Shown in pieces: positions 59,119-64,000 of a stretch of 64,000 nt of DNA. Origin of the DNA: an uncultured delta proteobacterium. Lineage in GTDB: Bacteria > Desulfobacterota > Binatia > UBA9968. The notes beneath the pieces were generated by a model. It ran no database searches. It had not been told where the DNA came from and worked only from the letters and a program-made list of their open reading frames with translations. Both the position numbers and the translations under genes were made by a program. Each line of letters starts with the position of its first letter. Position 1 is the stretch's first letter. Location: the NCBI GenBank assembly GCA_963745835.1, contig CAVUZH010000022.1, positions 64,001 through 128,000 on the forward strand, read 5' to 3'.

Positions 59119-61455
59119 TTAGCGGGATCGGCCAGCGATCCAGGCGCGAATGCGGTCAGGGGTGAGAGGGAGAGCTTTCACCTGAACTCCAAAATCACTG
59201 AGAGCGTGAGAAAGCGCGTTGGCGAGCGCTGCGCCGGTGCCGACGATTCCGCCCTCGCCGGCGCCTTTGACGCCGAGCGGGTTGAGCGGCGAGGGCGCCT
59301 CTTCGAGTATCACGCTGCCAATGTCGGGGACATCCGTGCTCGTGGGCAGTAGATAATCCATCAGACTACCGGTCAAGAGCTGGCCATTGTCATCGTAAAT
59401 CAGTTCTTCCAACATCGTGCCGCCGATGCCCTGGACCGCCGAGCCGATGGTTTGGCCGTGAACCAATAGCGGATTGATGCAGCGCCCGACATCCTCAACG
59501 ACGAGATACTTGAGAATTTCCATCAAGCCGGTCTCGGCATCCACCGCCACATGGGCCAGATGAACCCCATAGGAGTAGGTCATCTGGCTCGAATGGAAAT
59601 AGGCGGTCTCTTCCAATTCGGGAAGTCCCTGATTGAGGGTTCCGGAGTGGCGTACTTGGGCGGCAATCTCGTTCAGATCTACTGGCGGCGCTTCGGTGCT
59701 CGTCCGGTAGATTTTTCCATCGCGCAATTCCAGTGTGCTCGCTTCGTCGCCGAGTTGTTCCGCCGCAACTCCGAGAAGCTTCTGCTTGAGCTTCTGCCCC
59801 GCGAGATGAACCGCGCTGCCGCACATGACAGTTCCCCGGCTGGCGAAGGTGCCCCAACCGAAGGGACTCGTGTCCGTATCGCCGTGATAAACAGTGATCC
59901 AGTCCATCGGCACACCCAACGCATCGGCGCAGATCTGTGCCATGCCAGTTTCGTGACCCTGGCCCAAAACCGAGATGCTGAGATAGACGGCGACATCGTT
60001 GCGGTCGCCGATGACGATGCGCGCGCCCTCATAAGGTTCCAGGCCGCCGGTGTTCTTGACGAAGCAGGCAATGCCGGTGCCGTGATATCTGCCATTTTCA
60101 AGACGACCTTGAAGCGGCTGCAATTTTTCATAGCCGAATTCAGCGAGGCCGCGCTTGAGCGCGCTCGGATAATCGCCGCTATCAAGAACCGTGGGACCGG
60201 ACCCCGGCCGGGTAACCCCTACTTCGTAAGGTATCTCCTCTGGCCGGATGAGGTTCTTGAAGCGTAGCTCCACCGGATCGATTCCCAAATCTTTTGCCAT
60301 CAAATCGAGCATGCGTTCCCGGTAGAAACACGATTCGTAGCGGCCCGGAGCGCGAAAGGTTCCGAGGCCGGTCTTGTTGGTAACCACTAAATGGATCTTG
60401 GCGTGATAATTTGGTATTCGATAAGGTCCGGTTAATAATGCCGCCGTCGAACAGGGCACCAATCCGCCATGGGTCCGCACATAGGCGCCCATGTCGCCGT
60501 AAACGATCGCGCGAAAGCCGAGGATCGTGCCGTCCTCGCGCGCGGCGACCTCGAGCTTGCAACGATTTTCCCGCGAATGATTCGCCGCCATCAGATGCTC
60601 GCGTCGATCTTCAATCCATTTGACCGGCTGTCCCAGTTTTACAGCGGCAAACGGAATCAAAAAATCTTCCGGATAAAGCTCTCCGCGGATGCCGAAGCCG
60701 CCGCCGACATCGTTTTCAATGAAGTGCAGTTTACGTTCGGGAAGTTTAAGAAACGCGGCGATGGTCTGCCGGTTGAGATGCGGCAACTTGGTGACGCCCC
60801 AAACGGTCAGCTCCCCCTTGCCTCGGTCGAAAGCGGCAACGAACCCCCTGGTTTCCATCGGATTGCCGGTGAAGCGATGAACGCGAAACTCCTCCCGGCG
60901 GGTGTATGGAGCCTCCCGGAACGCACGCTCCACATCGCCAATGGTAAATTCATGGACAGCGGCGAGATTGGTTCGGGCTTCGTCGTTAACTAGAACTTCA
61001 TCTTTAAGCGCTTCGTAAACATCAACTACCGCGGGCAAATCTTCGTACTCAACTTCGATGGCATCGAGGGCATCCTCGGCAAGGTATCGGCTCTCCGCGA
61101 TCGCCAGGGCCAGCGGCTCGCCGACATAGCGGACCTTATCGTGCGCGAGAAGAGGCTGCAGGTGGCGTTCCAGTCCGGCGAGCTGATACATCCGAATAGG
61201 CACGGGGACCGCCAAATTTCCGAGATCTTGGAACGTGAACACTTTAATCACACCGGGAAGCTGCAAAGCTTTCGACGTGTCCATGGAACAGATTCTTGCG
61301 TGGGCTCGCGGACTGCGCAGGATGGCCGCGTGGAGCATGTTGGGAAGCTTGATATCGTCGACGTAGGTCGCCGCCCCGGTAATGAAGCGAACGTCTTCGC
61401 GCCGTTTGATCGGCATACCCACGTAACCTTGAGCGGTCTTACTGATGGGTTCCAT
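59119..61455 (-). CDS. Xanthine dehydrogenase/CoxL-family molybdopterin subunit
   Basis: DVGGGFG, KWIEDR.E, GQGHET, KGAGE; active-site loop GTFRAPG. Confidence 0.93.
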   Translation of the reverse strand: MEPISKTAQGYVGMPIKRREDVRFITGAATYVDDIKLPNMLHAAILRSPRAHARICSMDTSKALQLPGVIKVFTFQDLGNLAVPVPIRMYQLAGLERHLQPLLAHDKVRYVGEPLALAIAESRYLAEDALDAIEVEYEDLPAVVDVYEALKDEVLVNDEARTNLAAVHEFTIGDVERAFREAPYTRREEFRVHRFTGNPMETRGFVAAFDRGKGELTVWGVTKLPHLNRQTIAAFLKLPERKLHFIENDVGGGFGIRGELYPEDFLIPFAAVKLGQPVKWIEDRREHLMAANHSRENRCKLEVAAREDGTILGFRAIVYGDMGAYVRTHGGLVPCSTAALLTGPYRIPNYHAKIHLVVTNKTGLGTFRAPGRYESCFYRERMLDLMAKDLGIDPVELRFKNLIRPEEIPYEVGVTRPGSGPTVLDSGDYPSALKRGLAEFGYEKLQPLQGRLENGRYHGTGIACFVKNTGGLEPYEGARIVIGDRNDVAVYLSISVLGQGHETGMAQICADALGVPMDWITVYHGDTDTSPFGWGTFASRGTVMCGSAVHLAGQKLKQKLLGVAAEQLGDEASTLELRDGKIYRTSTEAPPVDLNEIAAQVRHSGTLNQGLPELEETAYFHSSQMTYSYGVHLAHVAVDAETGLMEILKYLVVEDVGRCINPLLVHGQTIGSAVQGIGGTMLEELIYDDNGQLLTGSLMDYLLPTSTDVPDIGSVILEEAPSPLNPLGVKGAGEGGIVGTGAALANALSHALSDFGVQVKALPLTPDRIRAWIAGRSR

Positions 61456-61983
61456 CTATAACGGTGGCTCGTTCGATTTTCTTTGCAATTCAGAGGACGC
61501 CTCCAGGATTGCATCGATTATCGGTTGATAGCCGGTGCAGCGGCAGATGTTGCCTGAAATGGCGTCGCGCACATCTTCCCGGGTCGGCATCGGATTGTCT
61601 TTCAAAAAGGCCGATGCCGTCATCAGAAAACCGGGTGTGCAGAAGCCGCACTGAAGCGCGTGCCGATTCTGGAAGGCTCGTTGTAAAGGATGCAGCTCAT
61701 CACCTTGGGCGAGGCTCTCGACAGTGCGCAACTCGGCGCCGCCGGCTTGCACCGCGAGTATGAGGCAGGAACGCACTGCTTCACCGTTCATGAGGATCGT
61801 GCAGGCGCCGCATACGCCATGCTCGCAGCCGAGATGAGTGCCGGTGAGATCCAGCTCCTGTCGGATGAAATCCGCCAACGTCATCCTTACTTCGACCAGA
61901 CGTTCATAGGTTCGTCCGTTGGCCGTAACTTTGATGAGTTGCTTTGCGCTCAATCGCTCACCGTATCTTTTGCCTTGGACCAT
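61456..61983 (-). CDS. CoxS-family 2x[2Fe-2S] subunit
   Basis: GCEHGVCGAC, QCGFCTPG, GNICRCTGY. Confidence 0.95.
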   Translation of the reverse strand: MVQGKRYGERLSAKQLIKVTANGRTYERLVEVRMTLADFIRQELDLTGTHLGCEHGVCGACTILMNGEAVRSCLILAVQAGGAELRTVESLAQGDELHPLQRAFQNRHALQCGFCTPGFLMTASAFLKDNPMPTREDVRDAISGNICRCTGYQPIIDAILEASSELQRKSNEPPL

Positions 61984-62834
61984 GCCGATTGCAGTGCCCG
62001 GCGCACCAACACGCCACCGACTTCCTTGCGGTAAGCAGCCGAAGCGTGAACATCCGAATCGGGGTCAAGTTCTTCGGCGACGACTCTGCTCAGCTCGCCT
62101 AAAAGCGCCTCGTCGATGCGGCGTTCGTTCAAGAGCGCTTCAGCGCGTTCCATCCTTTGGGGTTTGCCGCCCACGCCGAACATAACGATGCGAGCATTTT
62201 GTAAAATATCTGCGCCGTCCAATGCAGCCCGCAAGGCGACTCCGGCGAGGGCGAAATCACCTTTTCGCCGCGCGATCTCGAGGACGGCCCAGGCTTCGTC
62301 TGGGCGCCATTTGGGCAAACGAATTTCCGTGAGCAACTCCCCTGGCCGGCAGGCGGTGGCCAAGTACCCGAGAAAAAAATCCGCCGCCGCAACCAGACGC
62401 GCGCCCGACTTGCTTCTCAACAAGAACTCGCCGCCGAGGAGCAGGCTCACCGCCGGCAGCTCGGCCGCTGGATCCGCATGAACCAAACTACCGCCAATGG
62501 TTCCCCGGTTGCGAATCTGAAAGTGGCCAATAAGCGGCATCGCCGCGGCGAGCATCGGATTTTGCTCCTGAATAATCGTGGAGCGCTCCAGGGTCCGCTG
62601 GCGCGCCAGCGCGCCGATCGTCAGGCCGCCGTCCGGCGCAGTTGAGATCGCATCGAGATTGCGCAAACGGTTAATATCGATAATCACGCGTGGCCGCGCC
62701 AAGCGTAGGTTGATTAGCGGCATGAGACTCTGCCCGCCGGCAAGGATCTTCGCCTCATCGCCATAGCGCTCGAGCAGATCCAAGGCTTCTGGCAACTCCA
62801 ACGGCGCATAGTATTCAAAAGGGGCCGGTTTCAT
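61950..62834 (-). CDS. CoxM-family FAD-binding subunit
   Basis: MKPAPFEY, AGGQSL, QIRNRGTIGGS..HADP. Confidence 0.95.
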   Translation of the reverse strand: MKPAPFEYYAPLELPEALDLLERYGDEAKILAGGQSLMPLINLRLARPRVIIDINRLRNLDAISTAPDGGLTIGALARQRTLERSTIIQEQNPMLAAAMPLIGHFQIRNRGTIGGSLVHADPAAELPAVSLLLGGEFLLRSKSGARLVAAADFFLGYLATACRPGELLTEIRLPKWRPDEAWAVLEIARRKGDFALAGVALRAALDGADILQNARIVMFGVGGKPQRMERAEALLNERRIDEALLGELSRVVAEELDPDSDVHASAAYRKEVGGVLVRRALQSAWSKAKDTVSD

Positions 62835-62881
62835 TGGCTGTCATCGACCAGATATCAAACTCGGCGCTAACGGCAAATAAG

Positions 62882-63866
62882 GTTTTTTTTTTGTTTTGTT
62901 TTGTGTTTTTTTTTTTTTTGTGTTTATTGTTGAGTTTGTTTTTTTATTTGTTTTGTATTTAGTATGGTTGTTTTTTAGTGTTTTGTTTTTTTTTTTTTTG
63001 GAGTTTGGTAGGAGTTTAGGTTTTTTTTTTTGATTGTTTTTTATTTTATGTATTTTGTTTATTGGTTTTATTAGTAGGTTAGGTGTTGGTAGTATTGTTA
63101 GATTTATTAATGTTTTAAAGATTATATGATGTTGTTGTTGGATTGGTATATAGTTAATTTGGAGTTTTGTGATAATTTTTGGTATGTTGTTGGTAATGTT
63201 GTTGAGTGTGGAGTGTGGAAAGGTGGTATGAGAGTTGGGATTGTTGTATTTGTGAGTTATTGTATCTATTATCTTTATGATAGTTTTGAAGGATTTTTTG
63301 TTGTTGAGAATTAGGATGTTATATAAGGTGTGAGGTAGTGGTGAAGGATTGGTAAGGGAGATTGAAGGTGGTGGAGGAGTAGGTAAGTGAGGTAATGTAG
63401 CTAGAAGGTGTGGAGAGTGTTGTTGTTGTAAAAGGTTGGTTTAGTGAAATTTTGTTTAATTAAGATTATGGGATGATTGATATTTTTAGTTTGGAAGGTG
63501 ATTTATATGAGAGTGTGATGGAATTTTTGATAAATTTTTGGTAACAAGTTGTAGTTGGAGAGATTATTATAATAGAAGATTATTATAAATGGAAAGAATG
63601 TAAAAGAGATGTAAATGATTTTTTTTAGTAAAATTAGTTGAAAGAAATGATTTAATAATTAAGAGAGATATATGTGTATATTGTTAAAGAAGAATATATA
63701 AAATAGTTTTTAGTAAGTTTTGTTAAGTGATGATATGTTTTTATAATTAAATTTTAAATTTTGAAATGAAATTATTGAATTGATATGTGATTTTATGATA
63801 TATTAAATTTATAATTAAAATAATTAGTGATAAATTAGATATAGAAATATAAAGAGTATTTTTTGT
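62882..63866. other. Almost C-free 985-nt insert between 57/58-bp direct repeats (probable sequencing/assembly artefact)
   Basis: Only 4 C counted on the + strand. 62825-62881 is repeated at 63867-63924 with one indel. Confidence 0.85.
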
Positions 63867-64000
63867 CCGGTTTCATTGGCTGTCATCGACCAGATATCAA
63901 ACTCGGCGCTAACCGGCAAATAAGCGCTTCAACCGCAACACTCTAATGAATTCTCCTGAGAACCCTCGGCTCATTCTTCGAGAAACTCAGCAGGAGCATC

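Noticed and set aside
59119-62834. Aerobic CO dehydrogenase call
   Set aside because: Lacks the AYRCSFR motif of form I CODH and the accessory cox genes.
63126-63314. 62-aa ORF in the C-free insert
   Set aside because: By-product of the low-complexity composition; the region is probably artefactual.

Overview
64-kb window of a moderately GC-rich bacterial chromosome. The many orphan NMT1/SsuA-type solute-binding proteins plus LLM, VOC, amidohydrolase, UbiD and CoxLMS-like genes suggest a Ca. Binatia-like soil deltaproteobacterium (inference). Left to right: partial azlC; a selA-selB-selD operon in which SelD has an in-frame UGA and a SECIS-like hairpin; an intact IS110/IS1111-type element and a 501-bp internal copy of it; many catabolic and transport genes; an apparently imported 7-gene cluster ('thermostable hemolysin', acyl-CoA ligase, heme-oxygenase-like oxidase, SDR, TPR protein, QseBC-like two-component system) with an OmpR-type box; an ABC transporter; and a molybdo-flavoenzyme operon. 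Non-coding DNA is dense with repeats: a ~125-bp TIR-bounded MITE/REP family, and at least seven decayed REP-associated tyrosine transposase (RAYT) stubs with ~25-bp ends that bracket unrelated cargo genes like cassettes. The last kb holds a 985-nt almost C-free insert between 57-bp direct repeats, most likely a long-read artefact. All assignments come from motif recognition by eye; no database searches were run.
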